A stretch of DNA of 64,000 nucleotides from Eledone cirrhosa (taxonomy: Eukaryota). The stretch is taken from positions 51,956,001-52,020,000 of the forward strand of contig OZ024745.1 in the NCBI GenBank assembly GCA_964016885.1. The letters are read 5' to 3'. Position 1 is the first letter of the stretch. Each line of letters begins with the position of its first letter. Under the pieces are notes generated by a model. That model ran no database searches and was not told the DNA's origin. It saw only the letters and a program-made list of their open reading frames with translations. The position numbers and the translations under genes are program-made. This document shows positions 39,134 to 58,470 of the stretch, piece by piece.

Positions 39134-41788
39134 ACTGAGTGGTCAAATCAGGGAAATGAGAAATTACATTGGAAAGCTTGAGTCACTACTGAATGGGACA
39201 CTAAAAACATAGGCACTAAAAATAGACTGGAAATAAAGTACAAAACTAGGAGGAAAAAGCTAAATATTATCATAGAGGAACTGAAGCAACGCATTGTAGC
39301 AAAGAGTGCAAAAATCAGGCGATACGAGAACAGAGTCAGTCAGTATAAACAGAACCGCATGTTCGACAACAACCAGAAGATGCTGTTTGGACAGCTTGAG
39401 GGCAAATAAAGAGGCAACGACTTGATCCCTGGGGCGGAACAAACTAAAACATTCTGGAGAGGAATATGAGAGCAGGATGTTAGACATAATGACCAGGCAG
39501 GGTGGATTGAGACAGTACAGAGGGAGATCGGTGAGCAGGCGCACCAACAAACTGATTTGAGTATCACAGTTGAAACTCTTAAGGGGCAGGCCAAATAGCT
39601 AACCAACTGGAAATCACCAGGCCCAGATGGTGTGCAGGGGTATTGGATTAAAAATATAACATCCCTCCACCCGAAACTGACAACCATGTTCAATGACTGC
39701 TTGATGTCAGGTGAGGTACCAGAGTGGTTGACAAAAGGTACCACAGTTCTGATAATGAAAGACCGAATCAAGGGTAATGATGTTACCAACTATAGACCTA
39801 TCACATGTCTGTCCGTAATGTGGAAACTGTTGACGAGCATTGTGTCTGAGGAAATCTACCATCACCTGCACACAAACAACTTGTTACCGGACGAACAGAA
39901 AGGATGCCGAAAGAAGTCACGTGGTACAAAGGAGGGAATTGCAGGAGGAGACACACTGATCTTGCCATGGGATGGATAGACTACAGAAAGGCATTTGACA
40001 TGGTGCCTCATTCTTGGATCACAAAAAGCCTGGAGATCTTCAAGGTGGCAGATAACATCAGACAGTTGTTGGGCAAGAGTATGAGGTCATGGTAAACAGA
40101 GTTGACATCAACTGGAGAATCCTTGGGAAGCGTGAAAATCAAGAGAGGTATCTTCCAGGGAGATAGCCTGTCTCCTCTGTTGTTTGTCCTTGCCCTGATG
40201 CCCTTGACCAGTGTACTGCGAAAAGTGAGAGCAGGATACGGGTTGGGAAAGGGAGGGCTTACCATCAATCACCTCCTCTTCATGGACGATCTTAAGCTCT
40301 TCGGGAAGAGTGAGAAGGAGTTGGATGTGCTTGTTGACACTGTCCGTATTTTCAGCAGTGATATATGTATGCAGTTTGGTATTAGTAAGTGTGGAGTCAT
40401 TGTGATGAGGAGGGGTAGGTTGAGCAGAAGTAACGGAATCCAGATACCAACAGGTGAGATGATAAAGGAAATTGACTCTGAGGAAGGATACAAGTATTTG
40501 GGCGTTCTGGAGGCTGATGACATCAAGAACAAAAAAATGAAGGAATTGTTAAGAACTGAATACATTCGGAGAATAAGGAGCGTATTGAAGTCACATCTGA
40601 ACAGCAGAAATGCCATAAGTGCAGTAAATTCCCGAGCTGTGTCTATTATTAGGTACAGTGCGGGAATTCTGAGATGGAATGTTGCTGAACAAAAAGAAAT
40701 GGATAGGAAGACTAGGAAGCTATTGACTATCTACAACATGTTCCACAAGAGGAGTGATGCCGATAGACTCTACCTAAGGAGTTCTGAGGGTGGAAGAGGT
40801 CTTATCAGCATAGAGGACTGTGTTCAGATGGAGAAAAACAACCTACACAAATACGTGACTGATAGTAAGGAGCCAATGCTCAGAACTGTACTGAAGGAGG
40901 GGAAAATAGGCCAGGGGAGTCCAAGGAGGAAATAACATCAAGGAGAAAGAGCAGCCTTCAGGAAAATCCCTTCATAGTACCTTCTTTGAGAAAACTGAAT
41001 TTAGAGATCCACAGACATGGAACTGGTTAAGAAGAGGAGACCTTAAAAAGGCTACAGAAGGAATGTTAATGGCTGCGCAGGAGCAGGCCCTCAAAACGAA
41101 GTGGTTGAAACACCATATTTACAAGGAGGAGGCTAGCCCACTGTGCAGGATCTGTGGAGAGAGAGAGGAGACTGTGGCTCACATTGTATCCGAGTGTAAA
41201 CACCTAGCCCAGACTCACTATAAGGGCTGGAGACATGATTTGATTGGCAGGGTGATCCACTGGCATTGTGCAAAGTAAACAATTGACCACATTCTGAGAA
41301 ATGGTATGAGCATAAGCCAGAGGCGGTGATGGAGAACGATCAGGTGAAGGTGCTGTGGGATTTTAGGATACAGACGGACAAGAAACTGAAACACAATAGA
41401 CCTGACCTGGTGGTTGTGGACAAAGAAAAAAGTTCGTGTCTGATTGTGGATGTGGCCTGCCCATTCCACACGAGAGTGCAAGAGAAGGAGAGGGAGAAAA
41501 TTAACCGATACCAGGACTTAAAGTGGGAGGTAAAAAGGATTTTGAACTGCCATGAAGTCAAATTGATCCCGATTGTCATAGGCGCACTGGGGACTATCTA
41601 CAAAAGTGTCCAGGGATGGTTAAAGAAAATCGGCCCCTTCACGCTTTTTGGAACGCTTCAAAAGGCATGCTTGCTGGGAACAGCAAGAACCCTCTGATAC
41701 GTCCTGAATATCTGAGGCTGCAGGTAGTGGCTTGATATTCATTCCAACGGACTTTCCAGTTAACTAACATCAATGACTGAGATTCAAG

Positions 41789-41790
<2 letters not shown>
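39134..41790 (+). mobile_element. 5'-truncated R4/Dong family B copy
   Basis: Aligns to 43714-46401. It has the FMDD RT motif, a CCHC knuckle, RHD and RPD..D..E..K, multiple stops and frameshifts, and (TAA)n on both sides. Confidence 0.92.
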
Positions 41791-46501
<4,711 letters not shown>

Positions 46502-47189
46502 GAAGAAGAAGAAGAAGCAGTAGAAGACAGCAACTGTAGCTTCAGTGGAATAACGAGTAATATGATTCGTGATAAGCACAAATTGAATGAAATAACTCGT
46601 GTAAAATGTTGGGTTTACTTTTTGTGTGCTTCTATCTATGTTCTATTTACAAGTTTGAATTTCAGTCATGTGCTAAAGCATTAACGTGATCAATTATGTG
46701 TCCACCGAGATGTCTCCGAATATAACACATTGCACATTTCTACGACATTATTACTTTTAGCCACACGGGATAGATATCGCGTTAACTGAAAAAATACATA
46801 TATTTGAATCGATTAGATATTAGGGTGAATGGAATGAATACAAATCTAAACGTATAAATAACGAAATTATGTTTTATTTTGTCTTATAGAGGTTTGCTTG
46901 AATACAATATTGGACGGCAAGAGTTAAAATATATATAAATATTAGAAATATGAATAAGTAAATTAAATATATTATTTCTCATCATACTAGTGGTGTCCTG
47001 CGAGTCATTACTGATAGATATCAAAAGAATTAACAACGTTTATATATTGAGTTATTTTTTTATGTCAACTATATTTTACAATAAAAAAGGGCAGATCTGG
47101 ATGTATATGAAAGTAAAGGAAATGATTATAAATGCAATAACTTAGAAGAAAAGATGGGAAGGAACAAGTGACTATTAAGTAATTGAATA

Positions 47190-48360
47190 AAGGGAATGTA
47201 ACTCTGTCGGGGCGCAAGCCTTCTCCGCGGTCGAGGGTTGCTGCGTCTAGTTGTGCGGGGAACACGGCTTCTTTTCAATATGGCGTTGAGAGCGGCAAGT
47301 CAGGAGAACAAGTTGGCGCTTTGGTAGCATAATACCGAATACATAACCTAACTCGCCAACGATGGCCCCACGACGACATTGGTGCTCTCTGAGGCCGCTG
47401 CGTAGTGTCACTTTGATGCGAATGCACTCGGTATCAAGAAGCATATCATTTTGAGAAGAGGGCACTAGATTGAGACCCGCACCACTGGTTGGCTGTGGAT
47501 TGGATCGGAGACAAGCGAAGTGCTGACGGTCCCAGATTGCAAGAAACAAGACCTGCACAGGAGGATATCAGATGAGCTTCAGCGGTCCAGTCGATCAGCA
47601 CCAGCTCCAATTCTTGGACTACATCAGGCCCGGACGTCGTCGTGAGTACCGTGCTGGCGAAGGTGTGATTGGAGGAAATTGAGGAGAGATACGCCGGCAG
47701 TCCCAGATCTGGTGCTGTCGAAATTGATATTGCAGATGATTTCTGCACAGTGACTAATGGTGGCGTCAAGATCATCGACCTGGTCTATATGTGGCTGACA
47801 AGGTGCACCGTGCAATATGAACAAGAATTTGGGAAGGGTGAAGCCGTTTTTTAAAGAGAAGAGCAACGGGTGTGTCAATAAGTCGCAACCACTCTACCTT
47901 GTTCGACAGACCGTATGGCTTTCATGAGAGTGTCAAGAATGTAGGCGTCATCTGTGGGCGTGAGCCGAGCCAGGAAAAAGACGGGATGAATGTTGAGTAC
48001 GCCATCGTGGAATTGACCATCTCCGTAGCAACAGTTATCACTTTGAACTTGGATGAGTTGATCTCGATTCCCAGGAGCTTTTGAGCAGCGATGACTGGCA
48101 GACGTTCTTTAACTACCGAATAAGCCGACCGACTCCGATTTTGGTCTTTCCAGATACAGGAAGTTTAAGGCCTTATGGGCAGAGCGGTCAAATGATCAAA
48201 TGCCAGCGTAAATAGATGCGTAAATAGATGCGTAAATAGATGTCTCACTTTGCTGGACACCTTTGGTAGAAGAAACCTTTTGTCAGCGACCATGATTTTG
48301 GTGGTTTTCCCGTACGAGAGTTGAGCAAGATGGGTAATTGAGGGGTCTCGTTTGAGATAC
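47190..48360 (-). mobile_element. Decayed CRE-clade-like non-LTR retrotransposon (post-RT and RLE region)
   Basis: Minus-strand peptides DLGLPAYLSS, SGAGLNLVPSS..LLDTECIRIKVTLRSG, HQCRRG and LDRGEGLRPDRVT resemble the CRE motifs LALPAFLSS, SGAWL..LP, LRI.VALRLG, H.C.CG and GDG.RPDG.T, in the expected order. Confidence 0.6.
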
Positions 48361-48949
48361 GTCTATGAGATGTGATCCCATCTAACGCTGTTGAAAACGT
48401 TTCTTATGTTCAGCTTCATAAACCAACAATTCCTTTCCATTTGTGTAAATCGAGCCACTTGTATTGGCTTTAGAACAATCTTTGTTAGATACTGTATAAA
48501 ATAGTCCCTTGTTATGTATATATGTTTATATATATATATACACACACGTGTGTGTGTGTGTTTGTCTGTTTATGTGTGCATTTCTATATATTTCTATATT
48601 TGAAAAGACTCATTTTATAGTACATTCAACACAGTTCTAAAGCCAATACGAGTGGCTCTATGGAGACGCCTACATTTGCCATATGAATCAAGTACAAGAA
48701 CTTCAGCAAAGAATACGTTAATGCATTATTGATCTGGAAGAAAACTACAGGTTAGCCAGATACCTAACTTTAACAGGTTGAAAACAAGAAACTTATTGGC
48801 TGTACAGACCTAAGAGACCAGATTGACTGAACATTTAGCTCAATGAAAATACACAAAACTATATAATATAGTATGAATGCATTATGAAGGACTAAAGTAG
48901 TAATACGCAAATCGTTGAAAAACATATTTAATGAGTCTTTGAAGATTCC

Positions 48950-50660
48950 GACATCAACTGCAGCTAAATCCCGAACAATAATTACACAGCAAACTACAAG
49001 AAATATGCATCCATATTGTCCCTGCCTACAGCGTAACAATTTATAACGGCAATAATATTCGTAGCTGCAATGTAAATTGCTTTCAAGAAAAGAAATCCCA
49101 CTTGCATAAGGAGGGAAGAGATGCTGCAAAGGCACATGCGGCTTTAAAGATCAATTCATGATCAACAAAACAATAATCGAAAGGGTACATTGAGATAGAA
49201 AGAGGCATAAATTGGTTACAAATAATATTTGGACAGTGTAGCAATTTCCTTTGATTACCAGAATATTAGCCTCGAGTAAGAATACATCGACAATAAGGAA
49301 ATACTTCAAATATTTCCCTCTATACTCAGAAAAGAGCTATTTGTATAACAAAGAATCCCATGAGTACTAGAAGAGCAATATTTATTACATCTGAAGCTTT
49401 CATACATGCCATTAACAGCATCGCTCATTATATCGTTCCGGACTGGGCTCGGTGAAAGGTGTTATGTGAAGATTGTCGTAAATATTCTATGAGTGAATTC
49501 CTCCAACTTGAACTCTGAATAAGATAAGTATCCGGAAAATATCTCAGACATTGTCTTGATTCACTGGGGTAATTGATATGGGCATATGTTAACAATATCT
49601 GCATGAAATCCAAAGAGAAAGAAGGATATATAATTAACAGAACTAATGACATGTTAGATATAGGGAACCAGCTGCTGGAGCTAATGAAGATGATAACTGG
49701 ATTACAGGCGACAAGGCACAAGACACTCTAGAAGATATACAAAAGATTGTTAGAAAATTAAGTAAACTCTTATGCTTCAACATAAAAGAACAGACGCAAA
49801 CTACCTAAGATTCATTTTAACGAAATCAATACACATAACACTAAACTTTTCACTGCTGCAATGAAGGAGATTTTAGTAGAAGGTGACGACAATTTTACCT
49901 CTCAACTTCAAATAAACTAAAAGTCTCAAAATTGGTCTTAAAATTAAGAAAAAGAAAACCATACAGGATCATTAGCAACGTAAGTGGAAAGAGCAAATGA
50001 GAGAGGTGAATTATCAATAACTAACCATGGTTGTGAATGTAAAGACTAGAAGACAAAGACAAGATAAAATAAATTCTAAGATCACAGATAAGAGAAACAA
50101 TTGAATACAAAAGAGACTCTGAAGCAACGTATCCACGTCAAAGCACAGAAAAGTAGACAATATGATAGGAGAGGAAAGTCCTACACATAAATTAAATATA
50201 GCAAACTGATGCAAATAAATTTTACCGGGAAATAAGGGACCATCCAGTGGAGATTAAGGAGCCACCTAACATGGATGAGCTTCAAACATTCTGGAATAAT
50301 ATATGGAGCAAAGATAAACAATATAATAAAGAAGCTGAATGGATAAAAAGAGAAGTAGACAGAATAAGGGATACTAAGCATCAGGAATGGAAATAAATAG
50401 AACTGTGAGAATTAAGGCATGCACTTAATGGAGTACACAAATGGAAACCAAATAGGATAGACCAAATTCCTACCATTTGGTTAAATACACTTACAGGGAT
50501 GCATGAAATTACGTCTGTAATACAAAGTTCGAACGAAACCTCAAACGGGTTGTCAGAAGACAGAACATAGCTTCTCATCAAAAAAGCTGAGACGAAAAAA
50601 AAAGATCTAGAGGCCAATAACTGTCTTACTGACATCTATACTAACTGAACAGATATACAG
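48950..50660 (+). mobile_element. Ancient, rearranged R4/Dong-like fragments
   Basis: A KGTCGFKDQFMINKTI segment near 49130, and FWNNIWS..AEWIK and KWKP..DQIP..WLNTLT segments at 50290-50500. These match family A/B regions but in shuffled order. Confidence 0.55.
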
Positions 50661-53139
50661 ATACCTTGATGAAAATTAAATCATTCCACTAGAATTAATT
50701 TGACGAAAAAGCAACTAGTTTCAACTGAGTACAATATTAGTTATGATTAGGTGGGGCATTATATCTATTGGATAATTTGCAACTCATGCAAAGCAGAACA
50801 TGCAGAAAACTTATCAATTTCAACATCAGATGGGATGTAGGTATAAAAGTCAAACTCGCTATCTTCAATTAGAAACTGATGCTAATGCTTAGCTATGCTC
50901 ATAAACTTTGAGTAATAACTTGAATAATACAATCGCAAATAGAATTGTCCGAAATATGGTTCCTCCGAAGAGTTTGGGGTAATTTTACTCAATACAGTGG
51001 TTAGCTCATAGATCAGAGTGTCAATCTATGGAGAACCGCTGAAATTAGAATTGAATGCCGATTAAATGAGAAAAGTATATGCGGCATTGATACGTGCATT
51101 TCCTTGTATGGATTTATAACTAAAAAAATGTGTATAACAGCAACTTGTGTTTGACATATTCGATTTGGTAATGTGGCCTGATTTATATTCACTGAGATGA
51201 TCGGTTTTCCCTTAGTAGGTCATTCGTTTCTGTGTGTATGGGGAACGAATGTGTATGGATATATGTGCGTATGATTTCCGCATTTTTCCCATAAATTAAT
51301 GTGATCACTTTCTAAAAATATTTTAATAGGTTTAATATTGTTGCTAAATTGATTTCTATTTTGTTTTCGCTTCTTTCTTAATAGAATTGCTTTCATTTAC
51401 TGAAGCGCTATTTGTTTTGATATTATTACATGAGAATGTTTGTTCAGCTACATTATATCCTCAGTGATCACTGAATATTATATATAGATTATAGATTAGT
51501 TGGTTTTTCTCTTGTGTTATCGATGTGCACATCTATTCTCTGAACATGTATGGTTTTACTGTTGAGTTTAATTTTGTTATATTTATTTTATCATGATATG
51601 AATTTAGCGGAAGCTTCCCGTTGATCAATATCAATATTTCCATCTTTAATATCATTGTTTCCATCTTAAATCTAAGGTTGTCATATTTAATGTTTCATGT
51701 TCAGATGTTGTTCACTTTCTAACGCAATCAATCTTTGATTTTCGTAGATCAATTTCGACATATGTTAGTCAGTATGTTATGCAAGGATAGAATACTGGTG
51801 ATGTTAATTATTTTGAAGCATATGCTACTATACTACTTACATATTTGTTCTACTAATGCATTCATTTTCTATATTTGTATTGGTGATTCGAAGCCTTCTA
51901 TTTATTTGTATGTTTAACAAATGCGTTGTTAGCAAATGATGTTGATGTAATTTTATTAAAATCATAAAAAACGAATACGTAGAATTTGGGTATTACAACT
52001 TCCGTTTCTGTACGAATATGTTTCCTATAAGCCTAGATATCTATGTTTTAAAAGTGGCATAGTGTAAATATGATGCCACGCAATGTATGATAAAAAAAAA
52101 AAAATCATTTCAATTCTTCTAGGCTTTCTTCGTTTTTATTTGCGGTGAGTTATGTTCAAAATAAAAAAAAGTAATGAATCAAATTAAATAAAATGATTAT
52201 AAATGCATGTATTGTTTAATAATAGATCAGAAAGCAAGCAGGAATAATGAGGAGTTGTAAGAGAAATAATGATATATATATGACATCAACAGGTGGATTT
52301 AGTCTTTAATAAATATTAATCGGTGTTTTATATATCCGTGTCACTAGGATATTATTCCATATTTGGAATTTGTTGGGATGTTTCTGCCTCTACAGTAGTG
52401 GAAACACGGTGTAGTAAAACCGTCACTAACAGAATTAACATTTAAATTTTCAAAGCATTATACCTTAAAGAAATTTAACCATGTGGCATTCAAATTGATT
52501 TATTCTGTGGTGTATTAAACGTTTTATGTGAATATATTTAATACTGCTCATCTATTAGAATAAATAATCATAGGTGTTAGATTTCACTGTAACATAGTGG
52601 ATACATTGTATTATAAGTATCAAATAAGTATCAAATATATTTAGGTAAGGTATCATATATGCTTAGGTAAAAATTAAATTAAACATGGTTATCCTTTTCT
52701 ACCTCACAACTTTGTGATAAATCAATGTTCATTTCCACTTCCAATAGAGAGTCAGTTTTGTTCATTAACAAATATCACCTGTTTATTTTGGTATCCACTC
52801 TTTTTTCAGCATCTGAATAAACAGTAAACGAAAGCTGGACGCAGAGTTTTTCTCATACATCAGTTTTTTTGTTTAACATTCATGTTATTCACTATTCATT
52901 TTGCACTGAACATCTTAAAAATATAAATTTCCTTTTTACCCAAGAATTCCTTAAAAAGTGTTTTGTTTTTATATTAGGCTTCTTTCCATCACATTATGTA
53001 GTCTTATGTTCAAATGGACTTCATTAATGCGGTTGCATGTTAATGAATAATCAAAAATGTATTAATATCTGAATAATATAAAAAAAACATTTAACAAACA
53101 ATTTAACGTATTATTCTCTCGCATCATTATATATTAGAC

Positions 53140-53249
53140 TTTACGGACTGAGTTCAAATCCCGCTGAGGTTAACTTTGCCTTTCATCCATACGGGGTCGA
53201 TAAAATAAAGTACCGGTAATGCACTGGCCTTGTGCCAAAAGTAGAAACA
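53140..53249 (+). mobile_element. 5'-truncated S2 SINE with 17 bp TSD
   Basis: Flanked by atcattatatattagac at 53123-53139 and 53250-53266. Confidence 0.9.
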
Positions 53250-54642
53250 ATCATTATATATTAGACCATAGCTAATACAAATACATAAATACACCGAGTA
53301 GAGATTTGGCTAATGACCCAAAATCACAGAGTTTTTCGATATCATGTTTCAAATGTTATTCATTCATGGATATGTATTATCCACTTTTAAGAATTGATTG
53401 TTTTATTCCTTGTGAGAAAATAGTTCATTGGAATTTCATGAACTTCATAAATTCTCTGAAATATTCCACCCTAAGGTGGATGTACTATTCATTAAAATGA
53501 ATTGTTCATTTTTTTGATTTTTCTTCTTTTATAGGAGATATCACTTTATATAATCCATATATTATATATAGAATAACCTACTAGAAATCTCTATATGAAC
53601 ATATTTCTAGCTTATCTGAAACTATTTTGTTTATTTTTGAAACCATAACATATTATGTCATACAGCAAGCAGTTTTATAATGGTTTTATTTCCAGTAAAA
53701 TAAATAACAAATTTCATAAAACATCCTAAAAATAATACAGTGTGTATGGTTGAAAATAAAAATATGTTTTTGGCGAAGAGTTTTATTACAGCGACATAAG
53801 GATCAACAGCAAACCGTATATAATTTAACAAGATATATGTAACTAAATGTAGTATTCATGGGAGTACAGTATAGTGAAAGGCATAAACATAATATACTGG
53901 TGATTATATTTTACAAAGTATGCTTACTGGTAAATGTATGTACAGATATATAGTTACATAAAACCATATACTAAAATGGAAAATCAACAAAAGATTCAAT
54001 ATATTAAGTAGAATTTACTAATGTTATTTTTTTATAAATATTAGTAAGCATTACAAAAATTGGATTATCTCATATATGATGATAACATATATATAAAAGA
54101 TATGTGCATAAAATAGGAGCAGTTGTTAAAAATAATTTGTAATCTGGATAAACATTAGTTTTATTAAATTAGAAAGAAATGTCTTCTAAGTTTAACATAA
54201 CATTATTAAAGCAAAACTCAAACAAACTTTGAAAAGCACAAACGGAGATATACATGCTGATGATAAAATTATATGCATTGAAAATCTATTTGTTGCTACG
54301 TGTTTTCAAATTAAGTATGATAATATAAGTACAATAATTTAAAAAAGAGACGACGTGTTTTATTTCGGAGAATTCCTGTCAATATATGAAAATAATGTTG
54401 AGGATAACCTGAACGGGTAGTTATAGATGGAATCTTAATATATGCTTAGATGAATAGGATCATATTTATATAAATAAAATGATTAGCCGCATCATGCTAA
54501 TTTTCAAATAATATTCTTTAGGATATTTGCCAAATAACGTTTGCCAAATTATTACAAGATTCGCCTGCTGGAAGAAGTAGTGCAATTACTTCTCTCATAG
54601 CCCACGTGGAAGTTTGGTATCGCTACTTAGCCGATCAATCCC

Positions 54643-54700
54643 GTCCACCTTAGGTGGTTATTTTCACGGTGCAACGTGAAAATAACCACCTAAGGTGGAC
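54643..54700. repeat. 58 bp near-perfect palindrome
   Basis: gtccaccttaggtggttattttcacg-gtgcaa-cgtgaaaataaccacctaaggtggac, with perfect 26 bp arms. Confidence 0.95.
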
Positions 54701-56538
54701 CTCCCAGAAGTTAATTACTCCCTTAAATATTCCTCCGCTTTTTAATAGAACTAATTCGAAGCTCCTTCTTCAAGCGCCGAAGATGTCGTCAAACGACAGA
54801 GATGATGCGTATTAGTATTCAAGTGTACACTATCCGGTACTGCTAATACGTTCAACCTGAAATATAAGAATTACCCACCCACAACAAACGGCCTAAGTTC
54901 TTAGGAAGTCGATATTCTTACCTAGTAGCAAATATTCCACCCGCAAATACTTTAAAGCCGTTCCGAACAATTAAGTAGGGAGTTAAATAATTCCAAATAC
55001 TCTAATAAGCACCTAGTCCTATCCGATACATTAAACTATCTTTACGATCGTTAACTACCTCCTCAAAACCACCTACTAGATAAGACCATGTATAAGATAG
55101 CTAACGTACCGTTTATAATACTATCAATGATGAAGCTAAATACATTGCCACCATCATGGGGACAGAAAACAATTAGCTTGCTTAGGAGTGAGGTCTAAAT
55201 ACATTGGGCCAAGAGAGAATTGATACTAGTAAGAACAAATTTGCTCAGATATATGATTACGACCATTAGACAACATTTTTGCCTCAACATGAAAATAATC
55301 TTCTTTAGTAAAGAGATTTTTGACGAGATTTCAGTAAAGCCTGATTGAATGTTGCCGTATAATTGTGGGCATTTATGATAACATAGCACAGATTTTCATT
55401 ATGCGCTTGATATGGATGTTAAAACCTAGTTTGAAGTTCCACTGTAACACCTGAAAAGTTGTGTGTTTTAATATTTTTGCCTATGTTGCAGGTTGTTTTT
55501 AAGAAACACCCTTTTGTGTGATAGCACACAAATGCCGCGATAATGTGTCATGAAAATATAATAAAGTGTATTTTCTATAGTGAGGCCTCATATGATGGAA
55601 TTCAATTTTATCTGACATAGAATATAAATGCCAAATCGGTTTGTTTCCTGTGTGCAACACTGGAAATGTCTTTACTTTAATATTTTGCATGGCAGGAATT
55701 TTTTATTTATGATGTGTGTGAGATGAAAATCGATACATCAATCACACACATTTAGCACGTTTTTCTCTTTTCTGTAACCCATAATGTATCATCCATTCGG
55801 GTATATCTATACCATAAACACCACATATTAATCCTCATTTTACATCAATAACCTTTAAATAGATCCTCCTTTGTGTTCCATAAAAATTAAATGATTTTTT
55901 ACTGCAAAAATCAGAAAGCAATATAAGACGATAGGCAGTTGTAGATCATGTGGGAAAACGAGTACCGAAAATTGCGAATACAACAAACTCATCATATTTG
56001 CAGGAAGGACAGATATACATTAATATCAATATCAAAAAAGAAAACAAGGATGAATTATATATGTCAATGTCACTGATTGTTTTCATCCACTTGAAAGGTA
56101 ACAGAAATAACACGATCGATACAGTGTATCATCCGCGACATAAACGCCCAAACATTCTAAATTAAATGTATGCGTAAAAGATGTTCATAAGGACAGTGAA
56201 ACATTAGACATTACAATTTTACTCTTAGTGATATGTCATTAGTAAATTGTATGCAAGAAGATTGAGCTTATTATGGAAAATTGGAGTGGAGATAACACCG
56301 AATATATGTGAACCTTTTAAAACGGAGCCACTAATAAATGTAAGGAAAATCGGCTATTATAAGCAATTTAGGTTTTTGAAAACATATCAGTAAAAGCGAT
56401 AGGAAACGTTTGAAATTACCGAAATTTTGTTCAGAATTAATATATCTAAAATGGGATGTTAAATTATGAAAATCAAGTTAACATTTTCAAGACATATTTA
56501 CGTTCTATAAATTCACTTTCATTATCTTTCATACACAC

Positions 56539-56925
56539 GGGCGGTGGAATGGCAGTATCGGTAGAAGGTCGAACCCCATGCTTTGACGCATATAGTTACG
56601 GCCCTTGCCATTCTGAGTTCAAATCCCGCCGAGGTTAACTTTGCCTTTCATCCTTACGGGTTCGATAAAATAAAGTACCAGTAATACACTGGAATAATTG
56701 CTGGCCTTGTGCCAAAAGTAGAAACAATTATTTTTCATACACACGATGGATTGGCAGTATCGGTAGAAGGTCGGACGCCATGCTTTCCAGCATAGTTACG
56801 TCCCTTTACGATCTGAGTTCAAATCCCGCCGAGGTTGACTTTGCCTTTCATCCTTACGGGGTCGATAAAATAAAGTACCAGTAATGCACTGGTTATTTGC
56901 TGGCCTTGTGCCTAAATTAGAAACA
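56539..56925 (+). mobile_element. Two head-to-tail S2 SINEs sharing a triplicated target site
   Basis: Copies at 56539-56726 and 56745-56925. attat(c/t)tttcatacacac occurs at 56521, 56727 and 56926. Confidence 0.9.
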
Positions 56926-56937
56926 ATTATCTTTCAT

Positions 56938-56983
<46 letters not shown>

Positions 56984-57467
56984 GTGTGTGTATGTGTGTG
57001 CATGTGCGTGTGTTTGTGTGTTTGTGTGTTTGTGTGTTTTTGAGTGTGTATATATATATATACATATATGTGGGGGTGTATTTAGAGAGAGAAATAAATA
57101 AAGATGTAAGGAGATACATAAGTAAATGTTTACATACAGAGGTAGAAAGATATATATATTTATTTAAGAGATATCCAAGCTTCATAATCTAATGCTTTCG
57201 AAAGAGACATGCAATTAAAAGAGTAGATGTAATTACTTGCACCGGACAATATATTCCTGTTTATGCAGTTTACTGAAGCAGTGGAATTGCTGATGGGTCA
57301 CATTATTTTCCTTGATCCTATAATATAACATTTCGACAGAGAAATTGTTATTTATGAGATTTAGGAACATCCGCTCAGTAACAGGAACAGAATATAAACT
57401 ATATAGTGGAACTTACTATATAGTATTCCGTTTCCAGCACATTTATTTTATTCCATTTTGCATATGG

Positions 57468-57669
<202 letters not shown>

Positions 57670-58470
57670 GTAATAATAATAAATTTGAAGACTACAATCC
57701 AAAGAGGGCTCGATAGAATAAATATATATATCAATTATATAAGAACCGTAGAGCAAATAATAACAGATTAAAGTTTAAAATAACAGATTAAAGATTAAGC
57801 AAAGAATCGCTTCTTTCACCCTTAACGGGATCTGATGAAATTAAAAAAATCAATCTGTAAACGCAGAATTAAATACTTCGAAAAACGTTGCAACTGAAGA
57901 AAGACAGGAAGACGATACTTTGGTTCATGGAGACGTTCCCTGGCAAAGAACGAAAAAATACCCGAAGATAATACGTCAATATTTGTAGTGGTGAGAACAA
58001 TTACACGCAAAGACAAAACCACGTTTGTGGTATAAATGAAGTCGTAGACTAATATTCTATTGGGTGGTTCGTGGAGACATTCCCTGGTAATGAACGGAAA
58101 AAACGAACTTAATACGTCATTTTGTGGAGCGATGATGAACAATTTCAGTCAAAGACAAAACCATGTTTATGGTATAACTGAAGTCGTAGACTAAAATTCT
58201 ATTTAGGAAACCGAATGATTCTCGGCTTCAGATTTAAGAATATTGTAAATAAATTACAGAGGTTATTGAAATCAACAATAATTTGCAAGGGAACGTCTCC
58301 ACGAACCAAAGAGTCGTCTTCCTGTCTTCCTTCGGTGGCAACGTTTACGAAATATTTACTTCTGCGTTCACAGATTGAATTTTTTTTAGTTTCAGAAGAT
58401 CATGTTAAAGGTGAAAGCAGCGGTTCTTTGCTTAAACTTTCATCTGTTATTTTAATAAATATTTTGCATT
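57670..58470. mobile_element. Family B inverted pair with an internal ~143 bp tandem duplication
   Basis: ~57760-57945 is the reverse complement of ~58284-58465. Hammerhead-like motifs lie at 57792-57842 (-, decayed) and 58388-58438 (+, CAGAAGA core). Confidence 0.75.

Noticed and set aside
55499-55690. C2H2 zinc-finger gene (HTGNKP linker-like peptide)
   Set aside because: No flanking Cys/His pattern and no repeated fingers.
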